Source of the DNA: an uncultured Methanomassiliicoccales archaeon | Lineage (GTDB): Archaea; Thermoplasmatota; Thermoplasmata; Methanomassiliicoccales; UBA472 | DNA length: 64,000 bases | Assembly: GCA_942492955.1 (NCBI GenBank) | Contig: OW818644.1 | Span: 706,327 to 770,326, forward strand | Reading direction: 5' to 3' | Shown here: positions 9,735-19,613 of the stretch, piece by piece | How positions within the stretch are numbered: position 1 is the stretch's first letter | Layout: each line of letters begins with the position of its first letter | Program-made: the position numbers and the translations under genes | Notes under the pieces: model-generated | Databases searched by the model: none | Told to the model about the DNA's origin: nothing | Seen by the model: the letters and a program-made list of their open reading frames with translations, nothing else

Positions 9735-11684
9735 ATGAACCTTGGACTGGGAATTGACACGGGCGGTACATTCACGGACGCGGCGATCATCGACCTGGAT
9801 ACGACCAAGGTCTTGGCCAAGGCGAAGTCCCCGACAACCTACGAGGATCTTTCCATCGGTATCATCGGGGCGTTGGACCAGGTCATCACCCTTCCCGGCG
9901 TGGATATCGCCGACATCAAGATGGTCGGTCTCTCAACGACGCTGGCCACGAACTCGCTGCTGCAAGGCAAGGGCGGTGAGGTCGGTCTCATCGGTATCGG
10001 CTGGAAGCCGGAGCCGGATTGGAAGCTTGGATGCAAGCATTCGCGCTTCATCAAGGGCGGCATGGATTCCATCGGCCGGACCGCCGAGGCAGTGGACGAG
10101 GCCGAGCTGAATGACGCGATCGACGAGGTCAGCAAGGGCGTCGACGCCATCGTGGTCTCCGGATTGTTCAGCGTTTGCAATGGCATGCAGGAGATGGCCG
10201 CCCGGGACGCCGTCCTGCGCCAGACCGGACTGCCAGTGATCATGGGCCAGTCGCTGACCATGGACCTTGGCATCTACGAACGCTCGGTCACTGCCATACT
10301 GAACGCGAGGCTGCTCCCGGTCATCAATGACTTCCTCAACTCGATGCAGAGCTCCATTTCATCAAGGAAGATCGACGCCCGCATCTTTGTGTTCAAGGGC
10401 GACGGGGGTCTGATGAGCCTGGAGACGGCGCGCGAACGTCCGGTGGAGATGGTGCTCTCCGGACCAGCCGCCAGCCTGATGGGCGGGAAGGCCTTGGCCA
10501 AGGTCGAGGGCTGTATCGTGGTGGATATGGGTGGCACCTCCACCGACATCGCCATCCTGGACGAGGGTTTCCCCCGGCTGAACAATGAAGGGGCAACTGT
10601 CGGCCATTGGAGGACCCGGGTCAAAGGCATCGACATCTGGACCTGCGGACTGGGAGGGGACTCGATCATCCGGGTCGACAACCGCAGCACGGTGACCGTC
10701 GGACCGGAAAGGGTGATCCCGCTGGCGATGGCATCGATGAGGTATCCATCATTGGTGGAGAAGATGGTCCATGAGAACGAGATGAACCTGTATCTGCCCA
10801 ACACGGTCAAGATCCCGGACGGATTGACCCAGAAGGAGAGGCAGGCGCTCGAGTTCGTGATGGCGAACGCCCCTTGCACGCTCTATGACGCCATGAAGGG
10901 CTGTCCGGACATCCCGATCGTGGAGTACGTGCTGAACGCCCTTCGCTCCCGGGCACTGGTGATCAGGACCGGGCTGACCCCCACGGACCTGCTGCATGTG
11001 TCGGGCAAATACGTCGCCGGCAATACCCACGCATCCACGGCTGGAATCGCCCAGATGGCGGAGAAGATGTTCATAGCCCCGGAAGACCTGGTACCGAAAC
11101 TGACCGAACTGGTCATATCCCGGGTCGGGGAAGAGATAATCAAGAAGGGACTGGTGGATGCCGGGGGCGATCTGTCGGAAGGCAAAGGGTTCGATATGCT
11201 GCTCCGCGCCTCCACCGGGCATGGCGACCTGGGCGGAATCGAGCTGAAGGCGAGACCGGACCGGCCTATCGTCGGCATAGGGGCACCCGCGGCCGAGTTC
11301 ATAAAACCGCTGGAGGAGAGGATGTCCTGCCAGGTGTTCATCCCAGAAGGTTACGAGGTAGGGAACGCGGTCGGGGCGGTGTGCAGCCAGGTCACCGAAT
11401 CGGTGATGGTCCAGGTGTACCTCCGGGACGACAAGTACCTGGTGTTCTCACCGCTTTCATCGCCGGTGCAATACTCGCATCTGGGCGAGGCTCTTTCATC
11501 GGCCCGCTGCTCCGCCGAGCACTACGTCAGGGACAAGATCACCGGACCTTCGGTCGAGGACGTAAAGGTCCGCGTCGAGACCTTCGAGAAGCGTTTTTCG
11601 GACGGTTACGGACTAGAAAGCAAGTTTGTGAATTGGGTCGATGTCAGGGCAACGGCTACGGCAAAACCGAAGCTTAGGAAATAG
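9735..11684 (+). CDS. Hydantoinase/oxoprolinase-family protein (ASKHA-fold ATPase)
   Basis: It carries GIDTGGTFTDAAI at the N-terminus and VDMGGTSTDIAI in the second phosphate-binding motif. 649 aa. Confidence 0.8.
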   Translation: MNLGLGIDTGGTFTDAAIIDLDTTKVLAKAKSPTTYEDLSIGIIGALDQVITLPGVDIADIKMVGLSTTLATNSLLQGKGGEVGLIGIGWKPEPDWKLGCKHSRFIKGGMDSIGRTAEAVDEAELNDAIDEVSKGVDAIVVSGLFSVCNGMQEMAARDAVLRQTGLPVIMGQSLTMDLGIYERSVTAILNARLLPVINDFLNSMQSSISSRKIDARIFVFKGDGGLMSLETARERPVEMVLSGPAASLMGGKALAKVEGCIVVDMGGTSTDIAILDEGFPRLNNEGATVGHWRTRVKGIDIWTCGLGGDSIIRVDNRSTVTVGPERVIPLAMASMRYPSLVEKMVHENEMNLYLPNTVKIPDGLTQKERQALEFVMANAPCTLYDAMKGCPDIPIVEYVLNALRSRALVIRTGLTPTDLLHVSGKYVAGNTHASTAGIAQMAEKMFIAPEDLVPKLTELVISRVGEEIIKKGLVDAGGDLSEGKGFDMLLRASTGHGDLGGIELKARPDRPIVGIGAPAAEFIKPLEERMSCQVFIPEGYEVGNAVGAVCSQVTESVMVQVYLRDDKYLVFSPLSSPVQYSHLGEALSSARCSAEHYVRDKITGPSVEDVKVRVETFEKRFSDGYGLESKFVNWVDVRATATAKPKLRK

Positions 11685-14181
11685 AAACGAGACCGTCCTA
11701 AAAGCCCGGATAGAACCCGAAACTCGACAAAACATTAAATCTCTACAAGTCAAACCCTATCTCGTGGCGCTCGCAGAGAGAGATAACACGCTGTTCGTCG
11801 GAAGACGGAACGAGCTAGACGGAATACTCGGTTGCATCTTCGATGTAGCAACGGACCGTCCTGCGATGATCGCCATCACCGGACCGGCCGGGATCGGCAA
11901 GTCAAGGCTTGCCTCCGAAGCGGCCAAGGCCGCCAAGGCCAAAGGTTTCTTTGTGGCGAGCGTCGGCTGCGGTCAGGAAGCGCCATTCCCGTACTCGCCG
12001 TTCCGGGAGCTTGTTGAGCAGCTAAGGATGATGGCCGAACCGATCGCCAGTCCGTTCAGCGAGGACCGTGCGCTCAGCTCCAAGGACGGCATCCTGGTGG
12101 CTTGGGAGTCGTATCTGGCGAGGCTCTCCAAACAGCAGCCGGTCCTTATCGTTCTGAACGATCTGCAAAGGGCCGATTCGTCCACGGTCAAGCTCCTCGG
12201 CTATCTGCTGCGTTCCGCGGACCCGAATGGGCCGAGATTCATCTGCACCTTGTGCCGGGAGGACGTCACGCTGGACGAGGAGGGCCGGTCCATCATCAAC
12301 GATCTTGTCTCGAACGCCTCATTGGACGGGCTGTGCCGCAACGTGGAGCTGGGGGGACTCTCACCGGAAGAGACCACGAAAGTGATCGCTGGAAGGTTCC
12401 AGCTCACATTGCCGAAGAACGTGGTCGACAAGGTGGTGAAGAGCAACCGGGGCAACCCGCTGATGGCAGTGGAATCGGTCAAATCGGTCGCTTCCATGGG
12501 TGCCTTCGAGTTCCGTGACGGTGTGCTACGTTCGGGAGACAACCACAGCGTTCCCATGACCTTCGGCGACGCGCTCAGGCATCGCTTGGACGTCCTGAAG
12601 AACCCGCAGCGCCAGATGCTCTACCGGGCATCATCGTTCAGCCCCGGGACCGACGTCTTTACGCTGGCCAAGGCGGTCGGCGCCAGGCCCGACGAGGTCA
12701 CCAGGATGATCCGGGAAGTGTTCAAGCTGAGTTCCCTGATCGATTGCCAAGGCAGCGAGTTCAGATTTTCGCATGAACGGGTCCGCAAGGCGGTGCACGA
12801 TCTCATCCCGGCGGATGAAAGGAAGGCTGTCCACCGATCGGTCGCGGTCGCGCTGGAGGGCGAGGGTTACGGCGAGGAGGTCCTGGGGGAGCTGTCAAGA
12901 CAATGGTTCATGGCGGGCGACACGGACCGATGCGTCAAGTTCTCGCTCCTGGCAGGCAGGATCTGCTCCGTGTGGGGGGCGCATCGGGAATCAAAATTGT
13001 ATTTCGGCAGGGCGCTGGAACTGGTAGGAGAGGCGGGAAGGGGCGATGCAGTCCTGGAGGCGTGGGAAGCGATGGGCGATGCGAACCTCGGTCTGGGCCG
13101 CAAGGACCGCGCCCTTGAGTGCTATGACAAGGCCATAAAGAGGTCCTCCTCGTCCGACCGGGCACGTCTGCTGAGGAAGAAATCCACGACCTGCAAGAAC
13201 AAGACCAGCGAGAAGGGGAACGACCTCTCGCTGTCGCTCGTCCTGCAGGCGCTCATAGAGTCGGGTGACGATTACGAGACCGCCGAATGCAAGAGCAGCA
13301 TCGCCGGCGCGATCATGGCCAATGGTGACATGGAAGGAGCGGAGAAGCTATGCCAGGCAGCCATGATGGTGTTCAAGGACCATGGTGCGAACGACAGGCT
13401 GGCGAAGGAGATGATGCAGTACGGCGACCTGCTGCTGAGACAGGGCAAGGCCGACCAGGCCATCGACATGCTCACACATGCCATCCGCATAGCGCAGGAG
13501 CATCCCAATTTCGGTAACGAGGTGGATGCGAACGAGGCGCTGGGCATGGCCTACCTATGCAAGGGACAGGTGGAGAGGTCGATCCCGGTGTTCGACCATT
13601 GCCTGGAGATAGCCAGACGGGCCGGGGACAGGAACCGGATCGACATGATCCAGTTCGACAAGACGTTCACCTTCGACCTGGCCGGTGACATCTCCAAGGC
13701 CAGGGAGCTGGCCGTCGAGGCCAGCTCTGATTCGCTCAAGAGGGGCACCAGTCCGCCGTGGCAGGACGTCGTGATGGCGCATATCGAGCAGCGCGGGGGC
13801 GACCTGAACATCGCGGAAAGACTGGCCGACTCTTCGCTCACGACCTTCACCGGTAATGCGTTCGGGCAGCAGGCCATCGGGTCGCTTGCCATCGCCGTGA
13901 AGGCATCGGTGCTGAGCCGGAAGAAGGAGTACACCAACGCCAACGAGCTGTTCCAGAAGGCCTTGCCGAAGTTCCGGGGGACCAGGTTCGGCCCTCTGTA
14001 CGAGGCTACGGTGCATGCCTGGTTCGCCGAATCGCTGGCAGAGCAGGGGCAGATGGAACAGGCGGTCGAAGAGTACCGAAAAGCAAGGGCCCTTTTCCAA
14101 GGGTTCGGCAACTCGCTCTCGACCAGCATCATCGATGAGGACATCAGCTTACTGAGCGCGAAGATCGTTGCGAGAGAGTAA
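11641..14181 (+). CDS. STAND-type P-loop NTPase (AAA_16-like) with TPR-like repeats; paralog of 4045..6549
   Basis: Walker A is GPAGIGKSRL and Walker B is VLIVLNDLQRAD. The ATG at 11641 overlaps the hydantoinase gene by 44 nt. An in-frame GTG at 11764 is an alternative start. Confidence 0.8.
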   Translation: MSGQRLRQNRSLGNRNETVLKARIEPETRQNIKSLQVKPYLVALAERDNTLFVGRRNELDGILGCIFDVATDRPAMIAITGPAGIGKSRLASEAAKAAKAKGFFVASVGCGQEAPFPYSPFRELVEQLRMMAEPIASPFSEDRALSSKDGILVAWESYLARLSKQQPVLIVLNDLQRADSSTVKLLGYLLRSADPNGPRFICTLCREDVTLDEEGRSIINDLVSNASLDGLCRNVELGGLSPEETTKVIAGRFQLTLPKNVVDKVVKSNRGNPLMAVESVKSVASMGAFEFRDGVLRSGDNHSVPMTFGDALRHRLDVLKNPQRQMLYRASSFSPGTDVFTLAKAVGARPDEVTRMIREVFKLSSLIDCQGSEFRFSHERVRKAVHDLIPADERKAVHRSVAVALEGEGYGEEVLGELSRQWFMAGDTDRCVKFSLLAGRICSVWGAHRESKLYFGRALELVGEAGRGDAVLEAWEAMGDANLGLGRKDRALECYDKAIKRSSSSDRARLLRKKSTTCKNKTSEKGNDLSLSLVLQALIESGDDYETAECKSSIAGAIMANGDMEGAEKLCQAAMMVFKDHGANDRLAKEMMQYGDLLLRQGKADQAIDMLTHAIRIAQEHPNFGNEVDANEALGMAYLCKGQVERSIPVFDHCLEIARRAGDRNRIDMIQFDKTFTFDLAGDISKARELAVEASSDSLKRGTSPPWQDVVMAHIEQRGGDLNIAERLADSSLTTFTGNAFGQQAIGSLAIAVKASVLSRKKEYTNANELFQKALPKFRGTRFGPLYEATVHAWFAESLAEQGQMEQAVEEYRKARALFQGFGNSLSTSIIDEDISLLSAKIVARE

Positions 14182-14234
14182 TTGAGAGTTAGGGGCAAAC
14201 GTATATCCAACCCCTTTATCATTCTCAAATCGAC

Positions 14235-15599
14235 ATGAGCGCAAAACAGTCATCTCGGAAGGGTAAGGATCTTAAGATCGCCATCGTCGGCCTGGGCTAC
14301 GTCGGGCTTCCTACCGCTGTGCTGTTCGCAGAAGCTGGCTTTACTGTCACCGGCTGCGAGATGAAGAAAGATTTCGTCCGCATGATCAACGAGGGAATAT
14401 CCCCGCTGACCGATCTCGACCTGGACGAAAGGCTGAAGGTAATGGTCGCCAAGAAGAAGCTGGTCGCAACCAGCGACACCGCTACCGCGACGAAGAAGAA
14501 CGATGTCATCATTATCATCGTCCCAACCCCCACCAAGGAGGGTGAGGAGCCGGACCTTAGCTACATCGAGGGAGCAGGGAGGGACATCGCCAAGGGATTG
14601 AGCAAGGGAAAGCTCGTCATCCTGGAATCGACCGTCTATCCAGGCGTCACCGAAGGGACACTGAAACCGATCCTGGAGGAATCGGGCCTGAAAGCCGGGA
14701 TCGACTTCGACCTGGCCTATTGCCCGGAGAGGTACAACCCGGGAGATCCGCTGCACACCATCGACAAGACCACCAGGATCGTGTCCGGGATCAACCAGCG
14801 CTCCACCGAGACGGCCGAGTTCCTTTACGGCCACATCACCAACCAAGGGGTCGTCCCGGTCCGCAACATCAAGACCGCGGAGGCGGCCAAGATCATAGAG
14901 AACACCCAACGCGACCTGAACATCGCGCTCATGAACGAGGTCGCCCTCATCATGGAGAAGATGGGGCTCGACGTGATGGAAGTGATCAACGCCGCCGCCA
15001 CCAAGTGGAACTTCAACCGGTACTATCCCGGCGCCGGGGTCGGCGGTCATTGCCTACCCAAGGACCCGTACTACCTGGTCAAGACGGCCGAGAAGCTCGG
15101 TTATCACGCTCAGATCATCACCGCCGGCAGAAAGATCAACGACATGATGCCGCACCACGTTTTCGAACTGCTTGTGAAAGGCCTCAACTCCATCGGCAAG
15201 CCGGTCAAGGACTGCAAGATAGTGGTCCTCGGTGTCAGCTACAAGGAGAACGTAGGCGACACCCGGAAGACGCCATCGCTGAAGCTCGTAGAGGACCTGA
15301 AGTCGATGGAGGCCGATATCGTCACGGTCGATCCGTTCGTCACCGCCAAGGTCGTCAACTTCGAGTTCGGGATCCCCGCTGAGAAACATTTCGAGGACCC
15401 GTACAAGGCACTGAAGGGCGCCGCCGCGGTCGTGTTCATGGTACCCCATCAGGGCTTCAAGGAACTGGACTTGAAGAAGGTCAAGAAGCTCATGGGCCCG
15501 AACCCGGTCTTCATCGACGGGCGCCGCGTGTTCGATGCGGAGGAGCTCAAGAAGCTCGGTTTCGTCTACAAAGGGATAGGCGCGGGAAGGGATAACTAA
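14235..15599 (+). CDS. Nucleotide-sugar 6-dehydrogenase (UDP-GlcNAc/UDP-ManNAc dehydrogenase family, WbpO/TviB/WecC-like)
   Basis: Rossmann motif KIAIVGLGYVGLPTA, the block AYCPERYNPGD, and the catalytic Cys block GVGGHCLPKDP. Confidence 0.85.
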   Translation: MSAKQSSRKGKDLKIAIVGLGYVGLPTAVLFAEAGFTVTGCEMKKDFVRMINEGISPLTDLDLDERLKVMVAKKKLVATSDTATATKKNDVIIIIVPTPTKEGEEPDLSYIEGAGRDIAKGLSKGKLVILESTVYPGVTEGTLKPILEESGLKAGIDFDLAYCPERYNPGDPLHTIDKTTRIVSGINQRSTETAEFLYGHITNQGVVPVRNIKTAEAAKIIENTQRDLNIALMNEVALIMEKMGLDVMEVINAAATKWNFNRYYPGAGVGGHCLPKDPYYLVKTAEKLGYHAQIITAGRKINDMMPHHVFELLVKGLNSIGKPVKDCKIVVLGVSYKENVGDTRKTPSLKLVEDLKSMEADIVTVDPFVTAKVVNFEFGIPAEKHFEDPYKALKGAAAVVFMVPHQGFKELDLKKVKKLMGPNPVFIDGRRVFDAEELKKLGFVYKGIGAGRDN

Positions 15600-16537
15600 T
15601 GCAATTGGAGAGCATCATCGAGGGAAAGCGCATCTGTGTCACCGGAGGATGCGGCTTCATCGGATCGAACATCGCGCAAGTGATGGCAAAGAAGAACGAT
15701 GTGATAGTCATCGACAGCCTTCTGACCGGCCACCAGTCAAACCTGGATAAGATCGAGTGCAAGTTCATCGAGGGCAGCATCAATGACGTGGAGAAGCTCC
15801 GGCACGCGTTCCTAGGCGTGGACTATGTGTTCCACCAGGCGGCTCTGCCGTCGGTACCGCGCAGTGTCGAGGACCCGATGCCCTCCAACCTGAACAATAT
15901 CGAAGGCACGCTGAACGTGCTCATGATGGCGCGCAAGTGCAACGTCAAGAAAGTGGTCTATGCCTCGTCATCATCGATCTATGGGGAAACGCCCACGCTT
16001 CCGAAGGTGGAGACCATGAACCCCAGCCCTCAATCGCCCTACGCGGTCACGAAAATGGCAGGCGAGGAGTATTGCCGCGTGTTCTGGAAGAACTACAAGA
16101 TGCCTACGGCGGCGCTGCGTTACTTCAACGTCTTCGGGCCGAGGCAGGACCCCAACTCGCAGTACGCGGCGGTCATCCCGAAGTTCATCCAGCTGGCAAA
16201 GGCGGACAAGAAGCTGACGGTCTATGGGGACGGAGAGCAGACCCGCGATTTCACCTACGTCCTGGACGTCGTCCAAGCGAACTTGAGAGCAGCGATTGAC
16301 ACCGAATCGAACGGCGAGGTGTTCAACATAGCCCGACAGGAACGGATATCACTGAACGAACTGGCCAAGATGATATTCCACCAGTTGGGGAAGAAAGGGC
16401 AGATGGACTACCTGCCGGAACGGGCCGGGGACATCAAGCACTCACTGGCCGATATCACCAAGGCGAGGACGCGGCTGGGCTACAAGCCGGAGTACACCAT
16501 CGAACAGGGCGTCGGTCTGACCATCGCCTCGATGTGA
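15599..16537 (+). CDS. NAD-dependent nucleotide-sugar 4-epimerase (WbpP/TviC-like SDR)
   Basis: The start overlaps the upstream stop (TAATG). Motifs are VTGGCGFIGSN, LLTGHQSNL and YAVTKMAGE (YxxxK). Confidence 0.85.
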   Translation: MQLESIIEGKRICVTGGCGFIGSNIAQVMAKKNDVIVIDSLLTGHQSNLDKIECKFIEGSINDVEKLRHAFLGVDYVFHQAALPSVPRSVEDPMPSNLNNIEGTLNVLMMARKCNVKKVVYASSSSIYGETPTLPKVETMNPSPQSPYAVTKMAGEEYCRVFWKNYKMPTAALRYFNVFGPRQDPNSQYAAVIPKFIQLAKADKKLTVYGDGEQTRDFTYVLDVVQANLRAAIDTESNGEVFNIARQERISLNELAKMIFHQLGKKGQMDYLPERAGDIKHSLADITKARTRLGYKPEYTIEQGVGLTIASM

Positions 16538-16697
16538 GCGACCCGGTTCGTAACCCCCCACCCGTGAATCACCCTTTTAGGGGAATCCTTTTTCCATTGT
16601 TACAAGTACGTTCGGTTATTTGTATACCCTAAAATAATTATTCATTTTTATTGTCATTTATTACATTCATCAAAATTGGATATATACTCATAAACAT

Positions 16698-17699
16698 ATG
16701 GAAAGAAAGTATGCAGTTTGTGTCGTGACAGATATGGGAGACCTCTTGCCAGAGATGCATGCGGAACTATCGCTCCAGATGATTGGAGAATGGTGGGTGA
16801 TCGCCTTGACTGGTTTGTTCAGAACTGTTGATTTCAAGAACGCTCTTGAGTGCATAAAGCCCTATTTTCGACAGTCCGGAATGGAGGCGGGATTCTACAC
16901 AAAAGGTGACGTGAAATTTGGGGAAAGCTCTCTTGAAAATATCGCCAATAATATTGGAATGGGGCTGGGCAACAATAGAATTCCATGCGTGCTGGAGATG
17001 GTAGAAGATGGGTTAATCGCCACGATGCCTGGATGTTGGGCGATAAGCACCGGTATTCAAGAAGCTTGCTGCAGAATCCACGAGATTCACATGAATGGCC
17101 TTTGTGAGGCTATCGATCCTGAATTTGCTGCCCGCATTACCCAGATGGCTACACCAGACATTCCCTTTTGTAAAGCGGTGATCAGAAAAAACACCGTGCC
17201 CGATGAAAATTGGGAGGAATGCGGTCATGTTGTTGCCGTAATGCCAAAGGCTGAGATACCGGACGAAATCACAAACAATAGACCAGACCTACTCCTGGAT
17301 GCTTGGTTAATGACAGTCAACGGATTCGTTGATGAGGCAGGCAAGGATGCGGTCATAGGAATTTTGCGTCCGTGTATGATCAAGAGTGGGATATCATGGG
17401 GCCTTAAGCTGGCTGGATCTAATCAATTTGTGAATGCGGAAAGTGGCGTGGCCCATTTGGTCGACATATTCAGCAAGATCATGCATCTTGAAGGAGATAT
17501 AATGGTCACGAAGGGAAGGGTGGACAAGGCCATTGGCGCCTGTAAACTAGCAAAGGCATCAAAGGAAGCATGTGTTCTTTTCGACTCATTTCGTCGAAGG
17601 GCTTTGCCTATCCGTCGATCCAGAAATGAGGTTGATCCATCGCCGTATCGAGTGCGATCCCCTCCCAGTTTGCCATTGGATCATCAGAGGAAGATGTGA
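16698..17699 (+). CDS. Hypothetical Cys-rich protein, no recognisable family
   Basis: 333-aa ORF in an A/T-rich islet with an AT-rich upstream region. The last ~35 residues (RRRALPIRRSRNEVDPSPYRVRSPPSLPLDHQRKM) look compositionally unlike the rest, so a 3' frameshift or mis-extension is possible. Confidence 0.4.
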   Translation: MERKYAVCVVTDMGDLLPEMHAELSLQMIGEWWVIALTGLFRTVDFKNALECIKPYFRQSGMEAGFYTKGDVKFGESSLENIANNIGMGLGNNRIPCVLEMVEDGLIATMPGCWAISTGIQEACCRIHEIHMNGLCEAIDPEFAARITQMATPDIPFCKAVIRKNTVPDENWEECGHVVAVMPKAEIPDEITNNRPDLLLDAWLMTVNGFVDEAGKDAVIGILRPCMIKSGISWGLKLAGSNQFVNAESGVAHLVDIFSKIMHLEGDIMVTKGRVDKAIGACKLAKASKEACVLFDSFRRRALPIRRSRNEVDPSPYRVRSPPSLPLDHQRKM

Positions 17700-17819
17700 A
17701 TGAGATCGTCGGTCCGTGGTCCTCGGTAGTGTCGATCGAACCAAGACCGTCAAAATCGTAGGATGATAAACAACCTCTTGTTCCTTACCGCTTGGTCATC
17801 ACCCTGGTTCCTGCTTGCA

Positions 17820-18668
17820 TTAGCAGGGCACAAGCAAGAGGTTCGTCGGTGACTGACGGATGAGATCCTCGGCCGTCGTGCCCAGGGCGATCTTGTGCCA
17901 GATCGACTTGTTCCGGACACCCATGACGATCACGCCGGCGCTGATCTCCCGGGCCGCCTCGATGATGTTGTACGAAGGCGTTCCGAAATGGATGTGCGTA
18001 TCAAGCAACAGATTCGGCTTCTTGATCCCTTCCATAATCTGGTCCAGTTCGACCTTGACGGCCCGGAACTTATCATCGTCCCCTACGTCGTGCTTGGAGG
18101 AGTGGATCACATGGAACAGCGTCGCCTTCCTCATCCCTACATCCCCTAGCTCTTGGGCGGTCTGCTTGAGCTGCTTGGTGCAATGGGTCAGCTCCAAGGA
18201 TATCAACGCTGAATCTAGCAGCCCGCACTGCCTCAGGGAGCCCTCCTCCTTCAAGGCAGGGAACTTTCCCAGCAGGACCGGTATCTTCGACCGCCTGATG
18301 ACCGACAATGACACTGAACCGATCAGCAGCTCCTTGGCCCTGCCCTTCCCGGTGGAAGCCATGGCGATCATCGTCGCCTTCTCCCGCTTCGAGACCTTTA
18401 TGATCAGGCTGGATGGATCACCGTTCTCCTTTATGGTGCGGGTCGGGATGCCGTCAGCGGTGATGATCCGGGCAAACTCGTTCATACGGCGCTCGTCATA
18501 GCTGTCCGCCGCCCGCCCCTTCGGCACGGCGTAGAAGAGAATGACCTCCTTCGCCCCATAACGCTTCAACTGTGCGATGCAGTCGACCATCAGGTCGGAC
18601 TGGTCGGAGAAATCAAGGGGAAGGAACACTCTCTCAAACATCATATGGCGCACAATGCAGACCGACAT
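17820..18668 (-). CDS. Tandem universal stress protein (2 x UspA domains)
   Basis: 282 aa with two Usp-like halves. Each ends in a G-x2-G-x9-G-S/T-like block (MASTGKGRAKELLIGSVSLSVIR and MGVRNKSIWHKIALGTTAEDLIR). Confidence 0.8.
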   Translation of the reverse strand: MSVCIVRHMMFERVFLPLDFSDQSDLMVDCIAQLKRYGAKEVILFYAVPKGRAADSYDERRMNEFARIITADGIPTRTIKENGDPSSLIIKVSKREKATMIAMASTGKGRAKELLIGSVSLSVIRRSKIPVLLGKFPALKEEGSLRQCGLLDSALISLELTHCTKQLKQTAQELGDVGMRKATLFHVIHSSKHDVGDDDKFRAVKVELDQIMEGIKKPNLLLDTHIHFGTPSYNIIEAAREISAGVIVMGVRNKSIWHKIALGTTAEDLIRQSPTNLLLVPC

Positions 18669-18851
18669 GGATAATCTTTTCTATTAAAAATATTAATTTT
18701 AAACCACGAACGGCTTCAATGTTTCGGAACGCGAGCGGGAGATCATCTCACTTACACCACTACACTATGTGAACGCGGGGCGAACCGATAATTGATATCA
18801 AGCATCTGCTACTCTCCCTAAAGAATTGGGATCCATCCGGGAGGAGAGCTG

Positions 18852-19535
18852 ATGAACGGCAAAGAGATGCGGAACGAGACCAGGATCATTACACCCAGGA
18901 CCGTGGTCCTGATCATCGTTCTCGTAGTGGTCTGTGTCGCCCTGACGACTTTGCTCCAATTCAAAGAGATCACTGACCTGGATGTTTGGTTATTCCAAGA
19001 GGCTCGGGAAAAGTATGAGACAGACCTGAAGTCCTTCATGAGGGCATTCACGGAACTGGGTTCCATACTGGTCTGGATCCCTGTAGTGCCGTTGCTGTGG
19101 CTGATACATAGGAAGAAGGAGGCGACAACCCTTTTCATAGCACTTCTGACCGTCGTTGTGTTCGCCGCATCGATGAAATACGCGATCGACAGACCACGCC
19201 CATACGACGTCATCCTGGCAGTGGACCCGCTATATCGTCCCCTTGACCCGTCGTTCCCCTCCGCCCATGCCATGACCGTGTTCGCTGGCGCTATGGCTAT
19301 AGGCACGAAATGGCGCAAGATGCTGATCCCACTGCTCGCCCTGGCCGTCGCCGTCGGATTCAGCCGGGTGTACATCGGGGTGCATTTTCCGTTCGATATC
19401 GTGAGCGGTGCTCTCATCGGCATCCTGATCGGCCTGTTGGCGGACAGCCTGAACCTGTCGAGAATGATCCAATGGTTGGAGCTAAGGGTGCAAAGCATTG
19501 CACGCAAGCTCGGTCTATACCCCGGCACTTCATAG
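18852..19535 (+). CDS. PAP2-family phosphatase (phosphatidic acid / undecaprenyl-diphosphate phosphatase-like)
   Basis: The three PAP2 motifs are present: KYAIDRPRP, PSAH and SRVYIGVHFPFD. It is a multi-TM protein. Confidence 0.85.
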   Translation: MNGKEMRNETRIITPRTVVLIIVLVVVCVALTTLLQFKEITDLDVWLFQEAREKYETDLKSFMRAFTELGSILVWIPVVPLLWLIHRKKEATTLFIALLTVVVFAASMKYAIDRPRPYDVILAVDPLYRPLDPSFPSAHAMTVFAGAMAIGTKWRKMLIPLLALAVAVGFSRVYIGVHFPFDIVSGALIGILIGLLADSLNLSRMIQWLELRVQSIARKLGLYPGTS

Positions 19536-19613
19536 ATCTTTACGGCCCATGACCAAGATGAAATAGAAAGCTAATGATTCCGGAGAGCCTTAGCTTGGGG
19601 CAGGCCTGAGAAA

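Noticed and set aside
11641-11684. Possible frameshift or amber read-through fusion of the hydantoinase-family gene with the downstream STAND ATPase.
   Set aside because: Reading through the TAG at 11682 runs into a TAA 17 codons later in the hydantoinase frame. A fusion would need a programmed frameshift, and I see no slippery site or supporting structure.
16657-16668. Recurrence of TTATTACAT-like strings in three AT-rich promoter regions (about 16660, 30680 and 55487).
   Set aside because: A 9-mer of pure A/T plus one C is expected to recur by chance in AT-rich spacers. The flanking sequences do not align.
17613-17770. A minus-strand frame encoding an acidic, protein-like stretch (SSYDFDGLGSIDTTEDHGPTISFTSSSDDPMANWEGIALDTAMDQPHFWIDG) antisense to the odd C-terminal tail of the orphan ORF.
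   Set aside because: It is bounded by an upstream in-frame TAA with no start codon before the internal ATG, which would give only 21 aa. At most it is a gene remnant and cannot be supported as a feature.
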